From the NCBI GenBank assembly GCA_965205505.1, contig CBDBHB010000009.1:2752001-2816000 (forward strand): 64,000 nt of DNA, written 5' to 3'. A model generated the notes under the pieces. It worked only from the letters and a program-made list of their open reading frames with translations, had not been told where the DNA came from and ran no database searches. Numbering within the stretch: position 1 is the first letter of the stretch; each line of letters starts with the position of its first letter. Positions 30,698 to 40,306 of the stretch are shown piece by piece. This stretch comes from Acidobacteriota bacterium (GTDB lineage: Bacteria; Acidobacteriota; UBA890; WLXD01). Made by a program: the position numbers and the translations under genes.

Positions 30698-31669
30698 ATG
30701 CGTCGATTGAGTGGTCGCTTGTACAACGGATTCAGTAGAGTACCGCAGACGCTCGCTCTACTGCTCGCGGTTACGCCGTGTGCGCTCACCGTACCGCTGG
30801 CCGCGACGGGCCACTCGGTCGTTGCCCAACCGACAGCACGTGTGGCGATCGTGTCGGCCGTGCCCCTGGAGATGGACCAGCTGCTGGCGGAGGCCGACGT
30901 CGAGTCAACGCGGGCCATCATCGGCCGAATCCATCACGTCGGGGTGCTTCGCGGTGTCGACGTGGTGCTGGTGCTCAGCGGCCGCGGCATGATCAACGCC
31001 GCGATGCTGACGCAGGCGCTAGTGGACCACTTCTCGGTGCGAGCGATCATTTTCTCAGGCGTCGCGGGCGGGGTGAATCCGGGGCTGTCGATCGGCGACG
31101 TCACCGTGCCTGCCCAGTGGGGGCAATACCAGGAGCACTTGTTCGCGCGCCAGACGCCCGATGGCTGGGATGTCGGCGGCCGTCCGGTGGAGTTCAGCAA
31201 CTACGGCATGATGTTCCCGCGCTCCCAACGGGTCACACGGAAAGACGGCGAGCCCAAGGTCGAGGAAACGCGCTTCTGGTTTCCCGCCGACCCGAACATG
31301 CTCGAAGTGGCGACCCAGGTCGCGTCGGACGTGAAGCTGGCTCGCTGCGATCGGATGGGCGACTGCCTGGAAGCCGCGCCGAGAATCGTGGTCGGTGGCA
31401 ACGGGGTCAGCGGCGCAACGTTCGTCGAGAACGCCGCCTACCGCCAGTGGGTGTGGAAGACGTTCCAGGCCGACGCCCTCGACATGGAGAGCGCCGCGGT
31501 CGCCCACGTAGCGTACGTGAGCCGGATCCCGTTCCTGGCCTTCCGCTCGCTGTCGGACCTCGCCGGCGGCAACGATGCCAGCAATCTGCGCGTGTTCCAG
31601 AGTCTCGCCGCAGGCAATTCCGCGCAAATGCTACTGGCGTTCCTCGAGCACTGGAACGATTCGTTATGA
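30698..31669 (+). CDS. MTA/SAH nucleosidase family protein (PNP_UDP_1) with N-terminal signal-like segment
   Basis: SGRGMINAA, FSGVAGG, IGDVTVP, DMESAAVAHVA, RSLSDLAGG. Confidence 0.88.
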   Translation: MRRLSGRLYNGFSRVPQTLALLLAVTPCALTVPLAATGHSVVAQPTARVAIVSAVPLEMDQLLAEADVESTRAIIGRIHHVGVLRGVDVVLVLSGRGMINAAMLTQALVDHFSVRAIIFSGVAGGVNPGLSIGDVTVPAQWGQYQEHLFARQTPDGWDVGGRPVEFSNYGMMFPRSQRVTRKDGEPKVEETRFWFPADPNMLEVATQVASDVKLARCDRMGDCLEAAPRIVVGGNGVSGATFVENAAYRQWVWKTFQADALDMESAAVAHVAYVSRIPFLAFRSLSDLAGGNDASNLRVFQSLAAGNSAQMLLAFLEHWNDSL

Positions 31670-31687
31670 AGCTGAGCCGATGCCCTG

Positions 31688-31858
31688 TTAGGTGGCGCGC
31701 CGATTCTGCCCGGATCGCCGATCCTTCTCGCCACGCCTGTCTCCTCGTCGGCGATCAGGGAAGTCGATGGGACTGTCTTCCTTACGGCGACTCTCCCCAC
31801 TTCGCCTGTCAGGAGAGTTGCGCCGTTCGCTTACTTTTCTTCGTTCTTTCGCTGTCAT
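31688..31858 (-). CDS. 56-aa Arg-rich protein built of (D/E)RR repeats
   Basis: MTAKERRKVSERRNSPDRRSGESRR...DRRRGDRRGEKDRRSGQNRRAT. Confidence 0.6.
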   Translation of the reverse strand: MTAKERRKVSERRNSPDRRSGESRRKEDSPIDFPDRRRGDRRGEKDRRSGQNRRAT

Positions 31859-32130
31859 GTGATACCGCGCTCGCTCGCTGTTTCCGTGCCGGTCACCCAA
31901 ACGGCGGCAAGGCTCGTCGATCGACTCCATGCCGGTTCGGTACCCGAGCTTCGATTACCTCGGTTTTACAGCATGGGCGACAGAATCTTCCACCGCAAGG
32001 CAGCAGGGTTCACCCAAGATGCGGCGGAAACAGAGCCGGTTTGTCCACCTTTGGACAAACGCGAATAGCTGGGCTGCGAGGAGCACCGTTGCACACGGTG
32101 CTGCTGCACGACGGGGTGTCAGCTTTCACT

Positions 32131-32496
32131 CTAGCCGGTACGGCGGGCGATGATGAGTTTGCCGGGCCGGTCGAGCGCATCCATGTAGTTGTGATCCTCG
32201 ATGTGGTCAACGGTCCATATGCCGTCGGTTTCAAGGCCGGTGATGTGGCTGGCGTAATCGTCGTCGTCGAAGGGTTCGGCATTCATGAAAATCACAACCG
32301 ACCCGCCTGGTACCGGCATGCGGATCAGTTCCCTGATTGCCTCCGGCCCGAGGTGGCCAATGCCGAAGCTGCCGACGGAAATGACCGCATCATAGGCACC
32401 ATCTTCGATGGCAGTTTCTTTTTCTACGTTTTGCCAGATCAGGTTGCGATAGACGTCGGTCTTTTCGGCTTCGGCGAGCATGTTCCTTGATATTTC
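32131..32496 (-). pseudogene. C-terminal half of a class I SAM methyltransferase
   Basis: EISRNMLAEA...YDAVISVGSFGIGHL...PGG; motif I (GxGxG) absent upstream. Confidence 0.65.
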
Positions 32497-32690
32497 TCTT
32501 GCTCATCTGAGTTGCATCCCGTTTGCGGCAGACTACCGGGGGCGGGGATTTCGTAGGAGCCTCATTCGCGGGCCGGATTCCATAGCGCAACCAGAGGGGC
32601 TGGGTGAGCGCCTGAAGCCTATCGCCGGAGCGCGCGAAAGTCGCCAGGTGGCTCGCGAGGTCATCGTCAACCAGCGAAGTTCTTGAGCGG

Positions 32691-33080
32691 CTAGGCGGCT
32701 CCGGTCCAGAGCGAGTAGCCGAGCGCGGCGGAAACGACGATCATGATCGCGCCCGGGACCCGGAACAGGCGTGAGTTGTCCGGCCCAATGCGCACCATCG
32801 AGCGCAGGCCCACCTCCGGGAGGACGAACGTGACGATGGCCTTCAGCACCATGCTCCAGCCGAGCAGGGTGACTGCCATCGGGTATCCCGACCAGACGTT
32901 GTGGAACGCGACGATCAATGTCCCCGTCACCAGGCTCCGGAAGCCGTTGGCGAAGGCTCCCGGCCGCCCGAGACTGTGCAGGTAGGCGAAGAATTCGGCC
33001 CAGGCGTGATGTTGGAGTACATGAGAGAGACCCAGGACGAGGAAGTTGACTGCAACGAAAGCTCGGATGCCCTGCTCCAT
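32691..33080 (-). CDS. Small membrane protein (about 4 TM)
   Basis: Hydrophobic 129-aa ORF with HNVW...VTLLGW...K. Confidence 0.65.
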   Translation of the reverse strand: MEQGIRAFVAVNFLVLGLSHVLQHHAWAEFFAYLHSLGRPGAFANGFRSLVTGTLIVAFHNVWSGYPMAVTLLGWSMVLKAIVTFVLPEVGLRSMVRIGPDNSRLFRVPGAIMIVVSAALGYSLWTGAA

Positions 33081-33512
33081 TTGTTTGCGGCTCCATCGTT
33101 TGGCTTGGCTGTCGTCGGCGAAGTCGCTGCCCGAGCCGGCCCAGTAGGGCCGTGCTCGTTAACGTCGAGCGCCAGAGGCTATCGTTCTTCACCTCGTGGC
33201 GGTACCCAGAGTCACAGCTCAACCAGCTTGGAGCCGTGCTCTGGCCGGTGACGGGGAACATCCCGCTAGCGTTGACCGTCTACTGTGACGTCGTAGTCGG
33301 ATTGGGCAGCGAGGCCAAGCTGAGGGACGTCGAGCCCGCCGAGGAATGCCCCTCGAACAGAAGCTCCGGAGTTCCGTGGCTGAACGCGGAACCTTCCGTG
33401 GGTACACTTGCCGGGTCCCGGCGAAAACATCCAGCTGCCGGAACGCCAAATCGCAGGCCAATACCGTGCAAGCAAAATGACTGATCCGAGAACCAAACAT
33501 GGGAGGCGACAA

Positions 33513-34421
33513 ATGACTTTGGGAAGGCACAATCGTATTCGCGAGCTCTTGTTTCTGGTTTTCTTGCTGCCAATGGCTAGCGGCGCAATTGCTCAGGAGC
33601 TGAAAGTCTACATATCTGCAGACATGGAAGGCATTGCCGGAGTTGTTGCTGGGAACCAACTTTCACCGGGAGGATTCGAGTACAGCCAGTTCCGCGAATT
33701 GATGACTGCGGAAGTCAACGCCGCCATTGAGGCCGCACGCGATGCCGGCGCTACCGAGATTCTGGTTAGCGATTCGCACGGAAACGGCCTGAATCTGTTG
33801 CTGAATGCGTTGCCGCAGGACATCGAACTCGTTCGTGCCTGGCCGAGGCCGCTCGGGATGATGGAGGGAATTGACGAGAGTTTCGGCGCCGCAATTCTTA
33901 TTGGTTACCATGCGAGCGCGGGCAACATCGACGGTATCGCCGCCCATACGGTATCCGGCGGCGACTTGTTATCCGTAAAACTCAACGGGATGGAAATGAC
34001 CGAAGGCGGCATGAACGCACTGATCGCCGGTCACTTCGGGGTTCCCGTGGTGATGATCAGTGGCGACGATGCCGCGGTACGCGAAGTGTCCGACATGTTG
34101 GGCCCTATTGAGGGAGCCGTCGTCAAGTGGCACTACAGTCACACTTCGGGGCGCACCCTGATGCCGGAGGCTGCACGAGCCCTGATCAAGGAAAAAGTCA
34201 AAGCCGGGCTGAGGCGTCGGCGGCAGCTTGAACCTTTCAGAATCGAAGACCCGCTTGCTCTCGATATGACGTATAAGAACGACAAGGCGGCGGAAATGAT
34301 TGCTTATCTCCCAAACGTGGAGCGTATCGATAACCACACCGTACGCTTTGTTGGGAGTATCGTTGAAATAAGCATGTTCATCGAAATGGCGTTGGGCTAT
34401 CCGCCGACAATGAATCGCTAG
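33513..34421 (+). CDS. M55 D-aminopeptidase (DppA-like) with signal peptide
   Basis: [36 protein letters not shown]; GGGAGG RBS. Confidence 0.92.
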   Translation: MTLGRHNRIRELLFLVFLLPMASGAIAQELKVYISADMEGIAGVVAGNQLSPGGFEYSQFRELMTAEVNAAIEAARDAGATEILVSDSHGNGLNLLLNALPQDIELVRAWPRPLGMMEGIDESFGAAILIGYHASAGNIDGIAAHTVSGGDLLSVKLNGMEMTEGGMNALIAGHFGVPVVMISGDDAAVREVSDMLGPIEGAVVKWHYSHTSGRTLMPEAARALIKEKVKAGLRRRRQLEPFRIEDPLALDMTYKNDKAAEMIAYLPNVERIDNHTVRFVGSIVEISMFIEMALGYPPTMNR

Positions 34422-34425
34422 CTAG

Positions 34426-34525
34426 TGTCCTGAGTTGCATATTGTGGCGAGCGCGACCGAGCCGGATCCCAGGAGGCGCGACGACAGCGATGCAATGAGC
34501 ATCGTCGAGGAGCGCCGACGCCGGA
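34426..34525. mobile_element. Truncated MITE of the family seen at 63600-63983
   Basis: CTAG-TGTCCTGAGTTGCATATTGTGGCG...; GTTGCATATTGTGGCG occurs inverted at ~63674-63689; the body resembles the interior of the 63713 element. Confidence 0.55.
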
Positions 34526-34678
34526 GGCGGCGGCTCGGGCCTCCTGCTCAAAGCGGGCGAGGCGCTCGGGATCAGAGGCGAACTCGGCGGGCAGTACTTT
34601 GATGGCCACCTTGCGGCCCAGGCGCGTGTCCTGCGCCAGGTACACCTCGCCCATACCGCCAGCACCGAGCTGCTCGGT
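34526..34678 (-). pseudogene. Hanks-type Ser/Thr kinase N-lobe fragment
   Basis: [51 protein letters not shown] (Gly loop, VAIK, alphaC Glu). Confidence 0.9.
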
Positions 34679-34702
34679 CGAGCTGCCGCCCCGCCGTAAC
34701 CG

Positions 34703-35032
34703 CTAGAGATCTTCCCAACAGAGAAAGATCTCGTCTTTGACCTTTGAATAAACTGCCATGTGAACCGATTCCCCCGGCTCCCTGCGGGGAAGAATATGCT
34801 CTACAGCCCGGTCACACTGGGCGCGGTCTCGAAACGACATGATGAAAAAGTACTCGTGATCGCGTTCCCTATCAGTGTCCATGATCGGGTGCCTCTGCCG
34901 ACGACCGATAGGACCAGTGCGGTACACAAGTTCGAGCTCCTCGAGATGAGTCGTAAGGTCGGCAAGTGACTGCCGAAACTCGTCGATAGAAACCTCTGGC
35001 TTGAGATTGAAGCAGGTCAGCATATGAAACAT
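34703..35032 (-). CDS. DUF6614-like small alpha/beta-barrel protein
   Basis: GGAGG RBS; MFHMLTCFNLKP...EYFFIMSFRDRAQCDRA...VHMAVYSKV. Confidence 0.65.
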   Translation of the reverse strand: MFHMLTCFNLKPEVSIDEFRQSLADLTTHLEELELVYRTGPIGRRQRHPIMDTDRERDHEYFFIMSFRDRAQCDRAVEHILPRREPGESVHMAVYSKVKDEIFLCWEDL

Positions 35033-35313
35033 CTGGCGCCTCCACTCCTCAGCTCTATGCGACATGGGCTGCGAACCGTCGAGGGCCGCCGCGGCCTCGC
35101 GCTCGAATCGAGCCACCCGCGTAGCGCCTGCAGACTATCGCTGGGGCAAGCGAGGGTCCACGGGAGAAGCCACGACTATCCGCTCCGACGGCACCGACGA
35201 CAAGCTCTTGCCAGCACCGATTCTATGAGTTACGAAGTGGCCCAAACACTTGGGGCAGGGTTACTGTCCGGTGAGCGCAAGACGGCGCTCGATCCAAAAG
35301 CGTTGCATGCCAC

Positions 35314-36828
35314 ATGACGACTAGAGAGCATTCGAGTAGGACGGCGTTGCTGTCCGCAACGTTGTTGCCGCTGGGCTTGGGGCTGTCCCTTGCACTCTTC
35401 TCCTGTACGCCGTCGGCCCAAGAAGGCTCCGAGAGTGTGCGAGCGGCCGAAGACGACCCGATGTCCGACGGCGCACAGAACGTGCGGCTTGTGGGCTACA
35501 ACGATCTGCAGGGCCGCGAATCACTGCAACTAGTGACCCGCTCGGACCGGCAGAACGGAAACTGGCTCTATGTCGGTCACCAACCGAATGGACGCGGTGG
35601 CGACGAAGAGGGGCTGTTGAATCCCATCACAGGGGAGTTGGAAATCAATGGGACGTCATTGATCGACATCTCGGACCCATCCAGCCCAACCACGATGTGG
35701 CACATTCCTGGTGTTTCGAAAGCGAATCACCGCTCGGTTTCGGTCGTCTATGACTACACGCACGACGGAGAAGGCAAGGACTATCTCGCCCGCAGCCTAG
35801 ACACAGGTGACGAGTTCAGGTTCCAGATCTTCGATATCACCACCAGAAGCTCGGACCCCGCGCAGATTACTCTCGTGGCCGAGATCACCGGTACGCCCCC
35901 GGACTCGTGCGGCCCTGGTTGCGGCGGCCCTTTCAAGTATCGAGCGCACAAGGGCTATTGGTCGCAGGACTCGGGCTACTACTACACATCATCCGGGGAG
36001 CCCGGCTTCCGCAACACTTCACTCCAGATTTGGGACCTCAGGGACCCGAGAAATCCGAAATTTGCAGGCCGGGCGTGGCTCCCGGGCATGAAGGAGACGG
36101 AAGACGAAGCGCTCTACGAGGGCCAGTACGTGCACCATCCGATCGTCGACGAAGCCAACAATAGGATGTACATCGGCTTCCGCGGCTCCGGTTGGATGGG
36201 CGCGTGGGACATCTCCGAGCGCTCGAACCCAAAGATGGTCTGGAGCTACGATACGTCGCCGCCAGGGCGGGGTCCTCACACCCTTACGCCCGTCGTCTAT
36301 GACGATCTCACCCAATACTTCAAAAGCGACGCGCTACCCCGCAACTTCCTGTTCGTTACCGACGAAGCAGGCACCGCCGACCTGACGCCCTGCGAGGATG
36401 GCGTCCGTGCGAAGTCCTACATGTTCGACGTCACCGTGGAAACCCATCCGATGCCGGTCTCGACGTTTCAGGTGCCGACCGGTAATTTCTGTGACAAGGG
36501 TGGGCGCTTTGGTCCCCACCAGCACGCTGAGCAGCGGAACGGCCGCATCAACCGCCACGAGGACAGAATCGCCTGGATAGCCTATTTCAACGCTGGCGTC
36601 CGTGTCGTCGATCTCTCGGATCCCTACCATTTGACGGAACGCGGTTACTACATTCCCGAAACGAACGAGAACTCCTACCCTATGTCCGCGGGGCAGGAAA
36701 CGGCGATTCAGATCAATGACGTCACGCTCGACCACCGCGGTCTTGCCTACGCGTCGGATCGCGTAGGAACGGGCATGTTCGTCTTCGAATACACCGGTCT
36801 TAAGCCAGGCTCGCAGCCGCAGAGCTAG
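35314..36828 (+). CDS. LVIVD-repeat lipoprotein
   Basis: Lipobox LFSC; VGYNDLQGR, IDISDP, WDLRDP, GRFGPH, AYFNAGVRVVDLSDP. Confidence 0.8.
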   Translation: MTTREHSSRTALLSATLLPLGLGLSLALFSCTPSAQEGSESVRAAEDDPMSDGAQNVRLVGYNDLQGRESLQLVTRSDRQNGNWLYVGHQPNGRGGDEEGLLNPITGELEINGTSLIDISDPSSPTTMWHIPGVSKANHRSVSVVYDYTHDGEGKDYLARSLDTGDEFRFQIFDITTRSSDPAQITLVAEITGTPPDSCGPGCGGPFKYRAHKGYWSQDSGYYYTSSGEPGFRNTSLQIWDLRDPRNPKFAGRAWLPGMKETEDEALYEGQYVHHPIVDEANNRMYIGFRGSGWMGAWDISERSNPKMVWSYDTSPPGRGPHTLTPVVYDDLTQYFKSDALPRNFLFVTDEAGTADLTPCEDGVRAKSYMFDVTVETHPMPVSTFQVPTGNFCDKGGRFGPHQHAEQRNGRINRHEDRIAWIAYFNAGVRVVDLSDPYHLTERGYYIPETNENSYPMSAGQETAIQINDVTLDHRGLAYASDRVGTGMFVFEYTGLKPGSQPQS

Positions 36829-36956
36829 CCGTCGCCGAAGGCGACAGGTGGTTCTCCGCTCCACTTCGACGGTTTCTACGCTCGGCCGGACCCGGAGGAG
36901 CCGTGGATCCTTCCGGCACTCGGCGGCTTCTTTGGCTTCAGCGAGAGCGACCCCTC

Positions 36957-37733
36957 CTAGCAGCCGGCGATGATCCGGAAGTTATCGAATGCCACCCAAC
37001 GATCGGCACCCGCTGCGCCGTAGCTCGTTTCGACTCCGATCCGTAGACCGCTCGCGACCGGACGTTCGATCCTGCCGTATTCGATCCAGGGGTCTGTCTG
37101 CCCGCGCCGATAGAAACTGGTGACTATCTCCGCGTCGATGCGCATGCGCAACGAAACCGGGGCGTCCCGCTCATAGGAGACGTTGTAGTGATCGTCGTGG
37201 GACTGGCCGTCGATCTCGCTCACGACCTGCAGGATCACGGGCGGGTCGCGCCTACCGAGGAAAGACTCCTTGTTCACCCGTACGTAGTTGTCATTGTCGA
37301 GATACAACATGATACCGGCGTTCTCGTACAGGCTCTCGGGACGGTTCCGAAGATCCACGTCGATACACAGTCGATCCTCCGATGCCGGAACATCTCGAAC
37401 CAGCAAGTTCTTGACGCCGTCGTCGTCGAGGTGGATGCCGCCAGGCTGAGTAAGGATATGAAGTTGGCCGTTCTCCAGTCGCCATCCGCCGTCGGTATCA
37501 CCGACCCACCCCCATCCCGCTTGCATGGTTCCGTCAAAAGTCTCGAAGAATAGGATCCGCTCCTGCAGCGCAGCTGCCATCGACCCGGTTCCTGTGAGAA
37601 GGGAAACGACGGCAACGATAGCGGAGGCTGAACCCCAACGCGTACCCGGGCGGATATTTGGTAGAATCGGCGGGAGGTCTGCGATGCGGCTCGCGAGCAT
37701 TAGCTGGCTACTGATCCGCTGGCACGGTCTCAC
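36957..37733 (-). CDS. Concanavalin-like beta-sandwich protein (DUF1349/GH43 C-terminal-like); start uncertain
   Basis: FFETFDG...W.W, YENAGIMLYLDNDNYVRV, AFDNFRI. Confidence 0.65.
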   Translation of the reverse strand: MRPCQRISSQLMLASRIADLPPILPNIRPGTRWGSASAIVAVVSLLTGTGSMAAALQERILFFETFDGTMQAGWGWVGDTDGGWRLENGQLHILTQPGGIHLDDDGVKNLLVRDVPASEDRLCIDVDLRNRPESLYENAGIMLYLDNDNYVRVNKESFLGRRDPPVILQVVSEIDGQSHDDHYNVSYERDAPVSLRMRIDAEIVTSFYRRGQTDPWIEYGRIERPVASGLRIGVETSYGAAGADRWVAFDNFRIIAGC

Positions 37734-38350
37734 TGCCCTGCTTCTCGGAACCCCGCCCCGGGTGGTTGCTCCGGAAGCGGCTCCACGAACCGAAACTCGC
37801 CCTCGAACACGCTCCGGTCACCGTTTGGAGCCCAGCGGCCCCAGACCGCCCGCACCAGATCGTCTGTCAGGTTCACCATCCGGTGCATCGTATTCGGGGC
37901 GATGTAGACCACCTCGCCGGGCTCGGCGAGGAAGGTCTCATTGCCGAGGGTCCACTCGGCCTGCCCGTCGATGACGACGTAGAACTCCGGTACCGGGTGC
38001 ACGTGACCGGCGTAGATCGCCCGTGGCGCGAGCTCCCAGAGGCCTACCTGCAGATCGTCGTCGGGAATCGAGACGCCGCCAATGACCACATTTCAGCGCG
38101 TGGTGCTGCCCAGTGACGGCCCCGCAGATGCCGGCCCCTGCCCTGAGAACCAGACGTTCTCCCAGCCAACCTGTGCCGAGTTGATGTGCGCTGGCGGCGC
38201 CGAAGTCTCTGACGCCGGGTTCGCCAGGTAGCCATCCGCGGTTCGCAGTGCGAAATCCTCGGGGACGACTTGTCCGGTGCTCGGAACCGCCAAGAGTAGG
38301 GCCGTCACGGCGACGGCGACTGGCGGGACGGACACACGCATCAACCTCAT
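37730..38350 (-). pseudogene. Secreted cupin protein (DMSP-lyase DddW/DddQ-like motif) with in-frame TGA at 38093-38095
   Basis: AAGGAG RBS; signal peptide; ...GSTTR*NVVIGG in one frame; cupin motifs HVHPVPEFYVV and IAPNTMH. Confidence 0.7.
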
Positions 38351-38642
38351 AGTGCTCTCCTTGAGCCGTGGCACCGGTGAACTTGTTAGTCTATGTGCGG
38401 CGGTTTGGCGGGCGCGGGAAGCGTATCGTCAGCGCCGGTGAGAACCAACGGCAGGAGGAGGGGGGACGATACGGGCCGGCAGCGAAGTAGAGGAAATAGC
38501 CCCAACGTGGGAATTTTGAACACCACGCGGAGTATGTGGCGCGGCTAGCGAGGGCCGGGTAGGGAGCTGGTAGCCCTGTGTTCTCGCGAATCCTGGCGGG
38601 GTACCCTCGGCGCGACCGCAATGGCTGAAGCGAGGAGGACGC

Positions 38643-39815
38643 ATGGATCCCCTGACCCGCCGGACGATGATGCAGTGGGGGCTCGCGGGCTTGCCGCTGG
38701 CTGCCGCGTCACCGCTGGAACCGATCGTGACCCCAGGGCAGAACGGCAGCGCGGACCTCGAGCGGCTGCGCAGCCTGGTAAGGCTCACCGGCGACGGACC
38801 GTCGATGACGCCTCCCGAGTACGTCGATCTGTTGCAGCGGGTTTCTCGCGAAGACGGGATCGAGACCGACAACTACTCTCGGGGCGGCGTCGTGGCCGCG
38901 CTCGAAGAGCGCATGGCGGTGCTGCTGGGCAAGGAGCGCGCAGTGTTCCTGGCCACCGGTACGCTGGCCAATCATCTCGCGGTGCGCCTTCTCGCCGGAG
39001 GCGACCAGCGCGTGGCAGTGCAGCGCGACAGCCACCTGTACAACGACTCGGGCGACTGCGCCACGGTGTTGAGCGGTCTGAACATGGTGCCGCTGGCCCA
39101 CGGGCGAGGTACATTCACCGTAGAAGAGCTCGAAGAGCTCCTCGAACGAACCGGCTCCGGGCGGGTAACGACCGGACTCGGAGTGATCTCGATCGAATCG
39201 CCGATCCGCCGACGCTTCGGCGAGACGTTCGACGACGGAGAGATGAAGCGCGTCTGCGCATGGGCGCGCGAGCGCGGCATTCGCACCCACCTGGATGGCG
39301 CGCGCCTGTTCATGGCTTCCCCCTACACCGGAGTCTCGCCGCGCCAGTATGCCGCCCGCTTCGACACCGTCTACGTGTCGATGTGGAAGTACCTCAACGC
39401 CATCTCCGGCGCCATCCTCGCGGGGCCCGCGGCGCTGCTCGACGATCTGTTCCACACGCGCCGCATGTTCGGCGGCGCCATGCCCGGCGCCTGGCCGTTG
39501 GCCGCGGCGGCGCTGCGCTCGCTCGACGGCTTCGAGGAGCGCTTCGCCGCGGGCGTAAGGGCCGGCGAGGAGCTGATCCGGGCGCTCGACGCCACCCCGG
39601 GTTTCGCGGTGCAGCGTGTCACCGGCGGCAGCAACCGCTTCTGGCTGTCGGTCGACGGCGACTCGGCGAGGTTGGTTGAGCGGGCGGCCGAAGCCGACGT
39701 GTTGCTGCCGTCACCGGGACGGGACGGCCGTCTGCTGCTGACCGTGAACGAGACGCTCGCACGCCGGCCGACCCGATATGTGGTCGAGGCGATCAGCGCG
39801 GCTGTGGCCGCCTGA
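38643..39815 (+). CDS. Low-specificity threonine aldolase family PLP enzyme with Tat-like leader
   Basis: TRRTMM leader; DNYSRGG, ATGTLAN, HLDGARLF, SMWK. Confidence 0.85.
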   Translation: MDPLTRRTMMQWGLAGLPLAAASPLEPIVTPGQNGSADLERLRSLVRLTGDGPSMTPPEYVDLLQRVSREDGIETDNYSRGGVVAALEERMAVLLGKERAVFLATGTLANHLAVRLLAGGDQRVAVQRDSHLYNDSGDCATVLSGLNMVPLAHGRGTFTVEELEELLERTGSGRVTTGLGVISIESPIRRRFGETFDDGEMKRVCAWARERGIRTHLDGARLFMASPYTGVSPRQYAARFDTVYVSMWKYLNAISGAILAGPAALLDDLFHTRRMFGGAMPGAWPLAAAALRSLDGFEERFAAGVRAGEELIRALDATPGFAVQRVTGGSNRFWLSVDGDSARLVERAAEADVLLPSPGRDGRLLLTVNETLARRPTRYVVEAISAAVAA

Positions 39816-40100
39816 GCGATCGAGGTGGCGCTTCGGAGAGCTGGATGAGCGCCAGAACGTCCCGTCAGCGCAGACGAAGTCCAAGGAAGCCGAGTTGGTC
39901 CACCGGGCCAAGAAGAAGCCGAAGGTCGATGTCTGTCACATCCCTCTGGGCAATCCTGGCAACGTTCACGTCATCAGCATCAATGAGAATGCGGGCCTTC
40001 TAGGGACGCTTAAACAGATATATGACTGGTGCCCGTCTTGCATCATGGACGAGCGGAATCGAAGGGTCGTGAGGTGGCTCGCGAGGCGCGACTGAGCGCG

Positions 40101-40148
40101 CTACGGGTCCGTCGGCACGAGCCGCTTCAGCTCGTCGAACCAGTTGAG
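40101..40148 (-). pseudogene. Kinase C-terminal scrap (LNWFDELKRLVPTDP*)
   Basis: 40108-40148 is identical over 41 bp to 44652-44692. Confidence 0.75.
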
Positions 40149-40306
40149 CGCGCAAGTGGATCTATGTGACCGGCCTTTGCATTGGCGGCGAGATTCATGA
40201 ACTATGCCCGGGCGGCAAGTGCAGTCGAATACTAGTGGGACAGCGGTCGTGCCCACCGGCTCACCCTAGGTGCCGGATGTGTCCCCTTTTCCTTGGAGGG
40301 CTCCAG

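Noticed and set aside
30778-32490. 570-aa + strand ORF
   Set aside because: Out-of-frame shadow of the nucleosidase and antisense to other genes; Arg/Gly/Pro-rich composition typical of spurious high-GC ORFs
38093-38095. Selenocysteine recoding in the cupin gene
   Set aside because: No clear SECIS stem downstream and the context fits Trp rather than a catalytic Cys
38555-38580. Possible group II intron terminal remnant (CGGGTAGGGAGCTGGTAGCCC)
   Set aside because: Too short; no domain V sequence or RT gene
39778-40095. 105-aa ORF with KVDVCHIPLGNPGNVHVISIN motif
   Set aside because: Looks like a short remnant of a larger secreted protein; no good start and the rest is not protein-like
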